Assembly (NCBI GenBank): GCA_964016885.1
Contig: OZ024743.1
Location: 11,284,001-11,348,000 of the forward strand
Direction: 5' to 3'
From: Eledone cirrhosa
Lineage: Eukaryota
Length of the DNA: 64,000 nt
Shown here: positions 34,397-45,828 of the stretch, in pieces
Layout: each line of letters starts with the position of its first letter
Numbering within the stretch: position 1 is the first letter of the stretch
Made by a program: the position numbers and the translations under genes
The notes under the pieces: model-generated
What the model was told of the DNA's origin: nothing
The model's database searches: none
What the model saw: the letters and a program-made list of their open reading frames with translations, nothing else

Positions 34397-35800
34397 GTCA
34401 AAACTCTTTCGTCACACATTTGTGACCTCCTTAATGACATTTGTTTTTTTTCTGTGTCTTCTCTTCTTTTTGGTTTTAATCTACTTATTCCATCTTAACT
34501 AGCTGTGATACGTTTTCTTGTCTGCGCATGCGTTTTCATCTGAACCCATGCATGCGTCTATGTGTTTGGCGTGTGTATGTGTATTTTGTGTGTGTATATG
34601 TGTGTGTGTGTATGTGTGTGTGGATTTGTATATTGCACTGTTTGTATTTGTGTCTTTCTTTTCTTTTCTTCTCGTGTATCCTATTCTGTCTTCAGTAGTT
34701 AGGTTGTAGGGTGGAGGTGTTACTATTCCATTCATGTTTTCTGTTGAGGCTCGGTCTACTTTGTTGTAGCCTCCCTAGTTTGTCTTAGTGTTGTGACGAT
34801 TTTATGTGTTGATAGAATCTGAACTTATCTATCGAGCTTTATATTCTAGTTTGTTAATATAACACTGGCAAGCTGTTCTCCTCTTTTTGTTCTCGCCGGC
34901 TTTCTTTTATCCCCTCACCTATGCTGCTGGCTCTCTCTCCTATATATGTCATTGTCATGTTTCTGCAAAATCCTTCTGTACATCTTATCCTATAGACTGC
35001 ATTCTTATTTTTGCAGTTTACCAATGGACTTGTCCTACACACTAACAATTCCTAGCTGTACAAAGAGTTCTTTCAAAAGGGTATGTCCTAGTGATCAGAG
35101 ATTTTATAGAAGTTCTGGATTTTCTACTACTTTAATTCTTAGCTTCAGTTTATCTAAGGGTTTTCTGAAACGATACCCTAGTTCGTTTCCAGGGGTAGCG
35201 TTGATGAACATGACACTCTGGTATTTTGGTATTTTTCACTGCCATACCATGAGTTAGCTTTCTTATCTTCCTCTTAGTCCTTTCTATAATATTTCATGAT
35301 TTGCTCCTGTATAGCGGCCAAATCCCATTCATATCAATCTCTATGATGGTCTTGAATTTTGTCATGGCCCCTCTGTGCACCCTGGTCCTGTCTCTTTTGC
35401 TGTATCCAGAGAACTGCATGCGGTGGATGAAGTGCTGTGTGTCTTTCTAACTCTGTTGAGTTGCACATGTGGGATAAGCTTTTCATCACCCTCACAAGAT
35501 CTGCTATCAAGTTATTAAACTTAATATTATCTGCGATAGCTGAGCTCTGGTGGATCAGGTATTTGGAGGTCATGGGTTTGGTACAGTGCGGATGTGGGAT
35601 TTGGACTTTGTCATACCTTGTTTCCAGCCAGAGTTCTATCTCTAACACTATTTTCACCTGACCCTTTGTTTGACATATTTTCAACAGCTTCACGTCTTTC
35701 ATATCATCAGCCACTTTACAGAGTTCACTGGGTGTGTTTATCATATAGTTTACCAACGCTAGATGGGTTGTTGAACCCCTGACAAAACTAAAGAGCCATC
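34397..35800 (-). mobile_element. Degenerate Penelope-like element (Neptune-like): RT thumb, GIY-YIG and terminal hammerhead relic
   Basis: KPMTSKYLIHQSSA, VMFINATPG..L, IKVVE, NAVYRIRC..C..YIGE; HHR relic GTCA-TTAAGGA-g-GTCAC..GTGAC-GAAAGAGTTT-TGAC at 34397-34438. Confidence 0.8.
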
Positions 35801-36378
35801 TCGACCCTTTTGACATCATTTCTACGGTGGGATGCCTTGCCTATCACCAACCACCTTACAACGTGTATGATGGGACAGGCACGAGAGGTTATCGCTATTG
35901 ACTCAAATCAAGAGCCTTCTCTATCCTGCGGACGGAGTGGCGTGTTGCCATGTGTGGAAGGATGTGCAGAAGGAGGTGTGGGAAGTACTTTGGTGATAAC
36001 AGCTACAGGAGGCTATGACTGGTTTGTCATGATTTAGGGGTGGTAATAAGAGTAGAGTTGGCGGATAGGTAGGTGGTGACATTGCATAAAGTAGGGGTGG
36101 GGATGCACTATGAGGCTTTGAATAGCTGATAATATAAATATGTACATATATTTATGTGTGTGAAGCTTGTTTGAAAATTAAAGCGATGGTTATATTCGAG
36201 TGCCAGGTGGCAGCCACCATTATGTATGTATGTATGCAGCCATATATAAAATTCTTCAAAATAAGAAAGTCCCAAACCCTCTGTAAATATGTCTCATCAC
36301 ATTACAATTATATTTTTGAAAAGTCCACTATCCCAGTTTAAGAATTTTCATGAAAATATTCTGTAAATAGAATTTTTT

Positions 36379-36448
<70 letters not shown>

Positions 36449-36451
<3 letters not shown>

Positions 36452-36582
36452 AAATAGCCGTCGAAACGGCTTGTGCTCTGCCGTCGGGTCCTGACTCTTT
36501 TCCTATTACCCACTCTACTACCCAAAGTATCGAGTACTCTAGTGCGTTACGGCCCACCTGGTTCCTTACCACACTTCCTTCG

Positions 36583-36585
<3 letters not shown>
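36449..36585 (+). mobile_element. Second copy of the short (TA)n-embedded repeat
   Basis: Homologous to 30097-30236. Confidence 0.75.
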
Positions 36586-36619
<34 letters not shown>

Positions 36620-36620
<1 letters not shown>

Positions 36621-36990
36621 CGGTGGATGGGTGGGTGCTACACGAGAAGGCTGAGGATGGCTCTGAACATTAATCAGTATACACTGAGGATGAAAAACTC
36701 AGAGCTGTATGGGAGCATCCCAAAAGTCAGCTCAAAAGTGACACGGAGGAGACTGGGGTTAGCTGGACATGCTCACCGACATCCAGAGTTGACATTGCAC
36801 TCAGTGCTCCTTTGGGAGCCCCTACATGGACACACTAGAAGAGGAAGACCAAGGTTAACGTATGTTGATGCCCTAAGGACAGACACTGGTCTATTGGAGA
36901 CGCAGGACATGGCAGCGATAATGAGGGACAGAGACCGCTGGAGAGAACTCGTCCATGGATCTCGGGAATTTTACCCGCCTTAGAATAGAA
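36620..36990 (+). mobile_element. RTE-group LINE 3' end inserted in (TA)n
   Basis: GCYTRRLRMALN...RRRLGLAGHAHRH...LLWEP.HG..RRGRP..TYVD.L..DTG...MRDRDRW; stop almost at the element end. Confidence 0.88.
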
Positions 36991-36996
36991 TATATA

Positions 36997-37072
<76 letters not shown>

Positions 37073-38150
37073 TAGTAAAGTATTTTAGTAATTACTTAGA
37101 ATTAATAATTCTAATTATAAAGTTGTGAGTAGCATCAATAGCAGTATCATCATCATCGTCCTCATCATCATCATCATTAGCATCATTATCATAATGAACA
37201 GCAGCAAGAACATCAACAGCAGAAGCAGCAGTAATAGCAATAGCAGCAGCTAATCAGTTAATACCTTGCTTGTTAAGTTTTCTTAACCACCTGTACCATA
37301 CTTGAGGTACTGATACAACACCTCCCACTATAGCCACGACCAGGCCAGTATAAAAATCACATTTTTAACATTGCTACTTCTACTTTTAGATAAACATCAG
37401 AGGCCGACAACAGCAGAAGTAGCATTGCTCCTCTTTCCGAGTCAAACTTCCATCAAAATAATGGGGACAATGTTTTTTATTTCTCTTTGAAACTGTCAAC
37501 TTTTGGATTAATCTTTTCTTTATTCTATTTTTTTTTTCACTTTATTCGCCTGGTCACCGCCTACTTCTTTTGAGTTACCTGTAGAAATTATCAGTGATCT
37601 ATCTCTGAGCTATCTAACACCTCTAGCATCACTTTTAATTAGTTAGTTAAATCTATCATCACACACTATTTATTTCCAATTTCATTTTCCAACATACTAT
37701 TTTTATTTTTACATTTACATTTTCCAAACTTCTCTCTCTATCTCGCCTTCCCTCTCTCAAAAGAAAATAGAAAAGGCAGTTTTGTCTTTTTTAACTTTCA
37801 AAATAACTTCTATATTTCTTAAATAATAAGGATAAAGTGAAATAGAATAATACAAGATAGTTTAACATTTTATTACCCAAGTAGTGAAAATAAGATTTGA
37901 TATAAACACTATAATCAAGCTCCAAGACACCGGAGTGTGACTAAGAACAAGAGAAGGACTGTGTTGACGTTTCTATACGGAGACAGAACAAAACCTCAGG
38001 TATCCCTTAGGTAAACAGCTGACTGTGAAGAAATGATCAGCAGGTAGGTACAAATAGTTATATTTATAAAGAATTATGCCGTGGAACATTTCAGCATGTA
38101 TTGCATTATTATTTTTTTTTTTTTTATTCAACAGCCATTTCTAATATGTA

Positions 38151-38192
<42 letters not shown>

Positions 38193-38346
38193 CATTTGTT
38201 ATTAATAGTAACTCTGTTTCATCCAGGCTTCAGCGGGTTATCACTACTAATAAGAAATATTATACTGACTTTATATACATTATATGTTTCCTTAACTCAA
38301 TTCATGTTTACTGCGTTTATTACACAGGCCCACAAAAGAAAGAATG

Positions 38347-38575
<229 letters not shown>

Positions 38576-38640
38576 ATAAATTTGAAGACTAAAATCCAAA
38601 GAGGGCTCGATAAGGATGAATATATATCAAATATATAAGA

Positions 38641-38777
38641 ATTAAAATAACAGATTAAAGTTTAAGCAAAGAATCACTGCTTTCACCTTTAACGGGATCT
38701 TCTGAATGAGTTTCAGAAGGGGCCGTTAAGGGTGAAAGCAGCGATTCCTTGCTTAAACTTTAATCTGTTATTTTATT
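38641..38777. mobile_element. Mini fold-back made of two inverted copies of the Naiad 3' terminus and hammerhead
   Basis: Both about 66-bp arms match 5576-5642. Confidence 0.9.
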
Positions 38778-39328
38778 AAATATATATATATATATATAAT
38801 AGAAATTGAATTTTGAAAGATTATTTACGAAATGCTTGTACAGATATTGTACCAAAATGTAAAATCTATAAAATATCAACTGGAACTCCCGCCTCGTAAT
38901 TTTAAATAGTTTTTATTTTAACAGCAATTTAACGAATATAGACAGTTAATCCAATCACATAAAATTTATAGGAAAAATGAATGGAAGATATAATAAATTA
39001 CATACGTTACAAGAAACAACGTTAACAATAATTGTTATCCCTGGAAGATGTGAGATAAATAATTACTCTTCAATCAGCTGACAGGCAAAATTCGAAAGTA
39101 AGCACATACAACCGATAACTACGTTTAGTCTGTGTTTCCATGCCAACAGCTAAACATCACTCACAGGCGAAATAAATATAAACAGAAACATCTGAGACGT
39201 AGCGAGCAAACGAACACAACATTCTGGCTGCTGGCAGCTGATGTATGATACCTTTCTCACACTTCCCCTTTAACCAACTGTTTAGTGGTTTTGGGAAAAC
39301 TTTCTATGTGCGATTAATTCTTTCAAAA

Positions 39329-39512
39329 TAATTGTTTCTTCTTTTGGCACAAGGCCAGCAATTACACAGTACATTACTGGTACTTTATTTTATCGACCCC
39401 GTAAGAATGAAAGGCAAAGTTAAGTTAACCTCAGCGGAATTTGAACTCAGAACGTAAAGAGACGTAACTACACCGCGAAGCATGGTGCCCGACACTCTAC
39501 CGATTCTGCCAA
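39329..39512 (-). mobile_element. tRNA-head SINE (young subfamily)
   Basis: Full reverse-complement match. Confidence 0.92.
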
Positions 39513-41404
39513 AATGGAAGGAATTTAGAAGATGGTAATAGTTATGGAGGCATATTTATTGTTAAATTAATTAAGTTTATAAATTAATAAAAGCTTTCAT
39601 TTCGCTTTCATTTCAAGTCTTCGGGTTTATTAGAATTGGATTTGTGTAACGTACGTAAGTTTCCCAAGAGATTTAGTGACGTAACTGGTTATAATTGAAG
39701 CTGTGTGTCAATTTGAACTTATTTAATGATAATATTTTAACGATGGGGAGTATAAATGTGTCTGTGTCGTGGATCTGTCAGTGGAATCAGCTATATAACT
39801 GAAATGAATTTGATGCAAGCGTAAATCGAAGCTGCCTCGTAGAGTTTGCTAACCACTCTTGGAGTGGAGTTTGCTAACCATTTCTGAATGACATCGGAGA
39901 ATGGATTAGCAGAAACGAAGAACATGCTTTTGTTTATAGTTATATCCCTTTTAGATTCGATTCCTTCCTGGGTCGGTAAAGAAAGTATCATTAATAAATT
40001 GAGCCCCTATAATCCGCTGTTTCCTTTGCCAAAATTTGAGTGTATTGTACCGTTATTAGAAATAAATGACATCGGTTAATTGACGATATATTCGTGGGAC
40101 AAAGTGGAGAAGAATTAAATCCAGAGTCACTAGCTCGGTACCTATCTCAAATACTTTTCCTTCTACAAGTCTGTGGTCACTTCACCTACTAATAATAATA
40201 ACTACATTAACCTGAAATCACACCTAACTGTCATAAACATGTCTATCCAGGATCATGTATTATAATTCTGGATACACAACATCTTAAAACAAGACTGGAT
40301 GATCATGATTGGAATACCTTTAAAGATAGGATTTTTAGCCACAGGATCTGTCGTGAACTAAACAACTTTCTTTTCTTAATGAAATACTAATTTCTTTCAG
40401 TCACATGGCCAAACTTTTTGATATACTAATTTATATATATATATATATATATACGTGTGTGTGTGTGTGTGTGTTTTATTTACAGATTTGGGTGACCATG
40501 TAAACAACCTACCTAGCCTGCAAAGACAAATGTGCCCAGATAAGCCTACAACCATTACAGAGAAGCTAAGACTTCATCGACAACGACATAACGTTATGGG
40601 AAATATAATACGCATACCATATAACTACTACTTTTTTATGACCTTGGGTGAATGAGAATGGGTAAAGTTCGTACACAAAATTGAGAAACTAAATGAAACT
40701 AAATGTTGTGATATATTTCCTGTAAGGATTTTCTCCCTCGATCATTCATTTTCAAGATTCTCCACAGTAAGGATTTATAACAAAGGCAAAAAGATTCACA
40801 TTGTTTGTGGGGTTAGGGCTACACTGGTTAGGGAACTGATTCTAGTTCTTGACCTATAGTTGTGTTATCAACCATTGTGGCAATGGCCTTCCAGGACTTC
40901 TGAGATCGATACCGTTAACATTCCGCTTAGACTGTTGTATGTCAATGACTGCATGAAATGAGTGTAGTGATGAATACAATATGGTGGATATAAGAGGAAG
41001 TGAGTCTAATGCGTCGTAAGTGCTTGAATATTAAAGATGGCACGAGAACTGCTAGTTTCATGTAGCAGAGACCATTGGAGAAAATACGGATACAACAATT
41101 CTGTCTAGTGTCTTTCTATGGATACTTTTGTGGATGTATGTGTGGATAGCAACAACACCGGCCCAAAGGTGTGTTTTACTTGCACTCTGTAGAGGGTTAG
41201 TAATTGTTTGTGCATATAGATCTGTTGATCGGTAAAGATGGAGCCTGTAACCCGCGAACTCTGAGGGGAGCCGACGCTCTGAGTGTTGATGCAATGGTAC
41301 AAAAGCACCGTTTATTTTGTCCGACTGAATAATCAGATAATACTGAAATAGATGCAGTTTGGTAAGCTTATTTGCAGACACAACATAAGCTAAGGCTTTT
41401 GTTT

Positions 41405-41761
41405 AAGTTTACTCAATCGACTTCTGGAATTGTGCGTTTTCGTGCAGTACGTTTAAATTCTGCAAGAAAGATGCGTACTTTTCAAAAAGAGCTCCACCAT
41501 CCTTTACCCATGTTGTTTCTTGGTGGTGATGAATTTTTTTTTTTTTCAGTTGTCATCACGTATTTCATATTCTTTCTAAGAGAACTTTGAAAGTATATGA
41601 AATATGTGATGTCAACTATAAATGAAATAATTTTGATCACCACCAATGGACAAGATGGTTAAAAGATGGTGAAGATCTTTTTGAAAAGTACGCATCTTTT
41701 TTGCAAAATTTAATCAGACTGCACGAAAACACACAATTCGTGAAATGGATTGAGTAAACTT
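41405..41761. mobile_element. Old palindromic MITE-like element
   Basis: AAGTTTACTCAATC...GATTGAGTAAACTT ends; arms alignable along their length (AAGATGCGTACTTTTCAAAAAGA and its reverse complement). Confidence 0.8.
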
Positions 41762-42241
41762 GATATATTTGATTGTGGTCATGCCTTTCTCAGTTGGCCT
41801 GATTAGTTCATTATAGTAAGTTCACATGTAGATGATATGAATTTCATGCAAATAGGTCGTATTAAAAGGATGCAGTGCTATATATTAGTATATACTTCAG
41901 CATATTGATGTGCACATGTGCAACTTTGCTTGTGAGATATTCTAAAAAAAAATGTAGAAGCATAGCAGCCTTGACAGAAACACTGTTGTTTTGATGGTCT
42001 TCTACGAATGCAGTATGTTTTTCGCTTGGATATCATTGAATGTGTGAATCTGTATTTTTTACTGTTTTTACTTTTTTACTGGTTTCAGTCATGAAACTGC
42101 GCTCATGCTAGGGCATTGTCTTGAAATTTACATATTTTGTATCGACGAAGATGCAATATGTATTTATATATATATATCATCATTATCATCATCATCTTCG
42201 TTTAACGTCCATTTTCCACGCTAGCATGGGTTAGACGGGAG

Positions 42242-42281
<40 letters not shown>

Positions 42282-42544
42282 GTGTGTTGCGGTTGGTCAA
42301 GATGACCCCAATGAAGTAAACCTATGATCAACGGTATTCAAACCATAACCATCCTCTCTTTTTTAGATATTGTGTATTTTGAAGAACATTGTCCATGTGT
42401 CCTTCATTTTTTAAAGAAAAAACTGAAGAGTATCATTTGAGGGAGATCTGACTATTACTTCTAAACTCCTTAAGTGACCACATTCATGTTATCTTGTAGG
42501 TTCATCATGGGTGGTGTTTTACATTTTAGTTCTGTTTTTTGTTC

Positions 42545-42638
<94 letters not shown>

Positions 42639-42788
42639 TGGGTGTGTATGGTGGTTTTTAACAGGAGGTATCTACTCATGAATCCCCATTTATATTAATC
42701 TTTTCATTTCAAAATAGTTACCGATTGCCAAATCCTGCTGACCTTAAACCTTTGATTGGTAATGTTTAAATATATATATATGTATTTA

Positions 42789-43347
42789 TCTATATATATA
42801 AAACTGAGGATGTCTGTCTGTGTGTGTGTGTGTGTGAATCCCTAAAACTCAAGAACCACCCAACCGACTGTTTTCAAACTTTACACATGTACGAAGCCTT
42901 TGTTTTTCCCTTGGATAACATCTGTGGCGTGGTGAGGGGAAATTAGCATACCTCAGCAACGGCTGGTCTTTCACAAACCACCTTGTCAAGGCTTGCACCC
43001 AGGAAAGGAACTTTCCAGGTGCACTCTCGTTGTTACTCATGACCGAAGCGGCCCTCCTCAAAGCAATCATGAAAAGTGAAAAACCGCGAATATTGGACGT
43101 GGTCCATAAAAATGCCTATAAACGTCAAAACATATCGTAAAATATAAGCCGGCAAATGCGGTATATTATTATCAATAATTTAGCGTTAAAAAGCGTGAAA
43201 AATGTATATTGCCACGAAAAAAGCCATTAAAAAACCGCGGAAGATATTTACGATTCCGCGAATATACGGTGGTTTCCACGAACAATTATTAGTTAGGTTC
43301 TAAGGAAAAATCGGCGAACAACCTGGACCACGAATGCCGGGGTACAC
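42789..43347 (+). mobile_element. Non-autonomous Helitron-like element
   Basis: A|TCTATATATATAAAA..GTCTGTCTG..ACCGA..TCAAACTTTACAC 5' end; degenerate GCCGGGGTAC 3' end lacking CTAG. Confidence 0.55.
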
Positions 43348-43826
43348 TCTCTCTCTCTCTCTCTCTCTCTCTTTTTCTCTCTCTCTCTCTATCTCTTTAT
43401 CTATCTATCTATCTATCTATCTATATATCTATATATATATATATATATATATATTGTATACGTATGCTTATAAAACAACCTGTAAACAGTTTTCGTTTAC
43501 TTTCTTTTTTTTTTCTTTTTCGGTGTAGGTGTACCCGTTATAGAAAGTTTTCGGGTCAATAAGAATAAGAAAGCTTCCACAAACATTTTCTCAGCAAAAA
43601 TTAAACTTTCATTTCAAGAGTGAAACAAAAATAAAATCTCTTATAAATCTCCAGTTGTTGAGAGAATTATTTTTAAGTAGATCCTCTTAAAATATGAATG
43701 AAATTTGAAAAACAAAGAACATTAGTTATGATATAAAGAAGAATATCGCCAGCAGAATTTCTGTTTCTTAAGTGAGAAATAGTTTAGACTAAACCAGGGA
43801 TTCACACATTACGAAATAATACATAC

Positions 43827-43949
43827 CAACAAGACACTAATGTTAACACCGACAGCAGTTGGCAACAGCAGCATAAGCAGTGCTAACAGCTCAAATATAT
43901 TGGCTCTGACGCTGGCAGAGAAACTTCTAACACGCCATTTTGGCGCCAT
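43827..43949 (-). CDS. Probable first coding exon of a secreted or membrane protein (MAPKWRVRSFSASVRANIFELLALLMLLLPTAVGVNISVLL)
   Basis: GCCATGG Kozak context, basic n-region, Leu-rich h-region, A-V-G cleavage-like site, NIS sequon, donor TTG|GTATGT in phase 0. Confidence 0.65.
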
Positions 43950-44329
43950 GGCAGGGCGGGCAATGGTGCTTGAGTCTTAGTAAAACGATCAAGGAACTCA
44001 ACATATGTACACATTCATATTACGCACATAAGCACACGCGCTGCCCACACATACTTAGGCATATTCATACTTACACACATGTGCACACAATTTACTCGTC
44101 TCATTTCTCTCTATATATGTACGTGTCTTTCTTTTTGTTCTTCACTTTCTCTCTTCATTTCACTAGCCTACTTAAAATACACTCTTGTAATAATAGAATG
44201 TACACTAAAAAGTGGTTAATATTAAAAAATGTTGTAGGAATAATATTTTCAACATTTTTATTAGTTTAATTCATAAAACTTAAAAGGGGAAGTCAATGTT
44301 CCGAAAATTGGAGGGACATAGAGTAATTT

Positions 44330-44512
44330 AATAATTGTTTCTATTTTAGGCACAAGGCCAGCAATTACCCAGTACATTACTGGTACTTTATTTTATCGAC
44401 CCCGTAAGGATGAAAGGCAAAGTTAACCTTGGCGGGATTTGAACTCAGATCATAAAGGGACGTAACTCTATGCTTCAAAGCATGGTGTCCGACTCTCTAC
44501 CGATACTGCCAA
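44330..44512 (-). mobile_element. tRNA-head SINE (young subfamily)
   Basis: Full match; ATAATTG at both junctions. Confidence 0.92.
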
Positions 44513-44699
44513 TAATTGAGGCGAAACAATAGTAAAATTGTGTTGAACTTCGATCATATTATTAACCTTCTCTCAGCACCAATTAGAGGGGTTTTCAGTC
44601 ACGGAATTTACCAGGAGACTCTTCCCTATTGAACAAATATAGACAAGACAATTCTATATTATAGCAGTTTGTTTTGTCTTGTTTTATAATATTAAAAAC

Positions 44700-45030
44700 A
44701 ATTTAATAGAAAAAAATAGATTGAGAAGAAAGAATGGAATCTAAAATAAGAATATATGAAAACCGGAAAAGGAAGAGAAAGGCAAGGGTTCTGGTGTCAA
44801 AGAAGAATAGGGAGCAGGAGGGGGAGGGGGAAGGTGGTGGGCTCTGGGCCTAGAGCACGGCGGTAATGAGGCTGCGCCCCGCGGACAAGAACGCAAAGGT
44901 ATTCCCGTGGACAATGGCCAGCGACACCCACTGCAACAGCCACCCCACCTCGCGGGCCTACTTCCTCAGATGGGCCGCTGACATTCCGATCTTGTGAAGG
45001 AACTTGGTAGTACGGAGTCCAAGTAGGCTT
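44700..45030 (-). mobile_element. 3' fragment of an RLE-type (CRE-like) non-LTR retrotransposon
   Basis: LLGLRTTKFLHKIG...REVG/LLQWVSLAIVHGN..AFL resembles the C-terminal 'LxQRLSLAIxRGN' motif. Confidence 0.6.
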
Positions 45031-45647
45031 GAGTATGTATAGTTTCGTTTATACATACATAACATTGAGTTGTCTGATCCACAAATCAATGATAACAGCC
45101 TTCTACATTCTGTTGTTGTATGACAACTCACTACCATACATGTATACACGATGTTACAGCAATATTTTTACGAATATTACCGGTTATCCTTTCGACGTGG
45201 TTAACTACACTAATTACCATTTCAACTCAATATTCTTCAAATGCCAATATTTTATTTTCGATATTGAAAAAGAAAAAACAAACAAACAAATTATTACGTG
45301 AATGCTACAAAGCATTGTAATTACCAATTCTCACACTATGTGGACCGTTATAATCTGGTCCTCTCACACACCCAGTTATGATTTTTTTTTTTCATTTACA
45401 TATTTAACATTGGTTTAGGACATACATTTTGGATAAGAGGTTATGTTTGATTTTAATTGAATCTTAGCATTTAACTGGTTCATAATATATCGACACCAGA
45501 GTATGAGAGACAAGTTCTACTTTTGAATATAATATGATAAAACGAACATATCACGAGATATTTTGTTCGTCGATTTACGAACTAATGAAACTGCCCCAAA
45601 TGATTTATGACTCCTATTTTTCCTCTTTAAGTCATCAGTTAAGACTA

Positions 45648-45828
45648 GGTGGCAGTATCGGTAGAGAGTCGGACACCGTGCATTGAAGCATAGTTACGTC
45701 CCTTTATGATCTGAGCTCAAATCCCACCGAGGTTAACTTTGCCTTTCATCCTTACGGGGTCGATAAAATAAAGTACCAGTAATGTACTGGGTATTTGCTG
45801 GCCTTGTGCCAAAAATAGAAACAATTAT
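45648..45828 (+). mobile_element. tRNA-head SINE (young subfamily)
   Basis: Full match. Confidence 0.92.
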
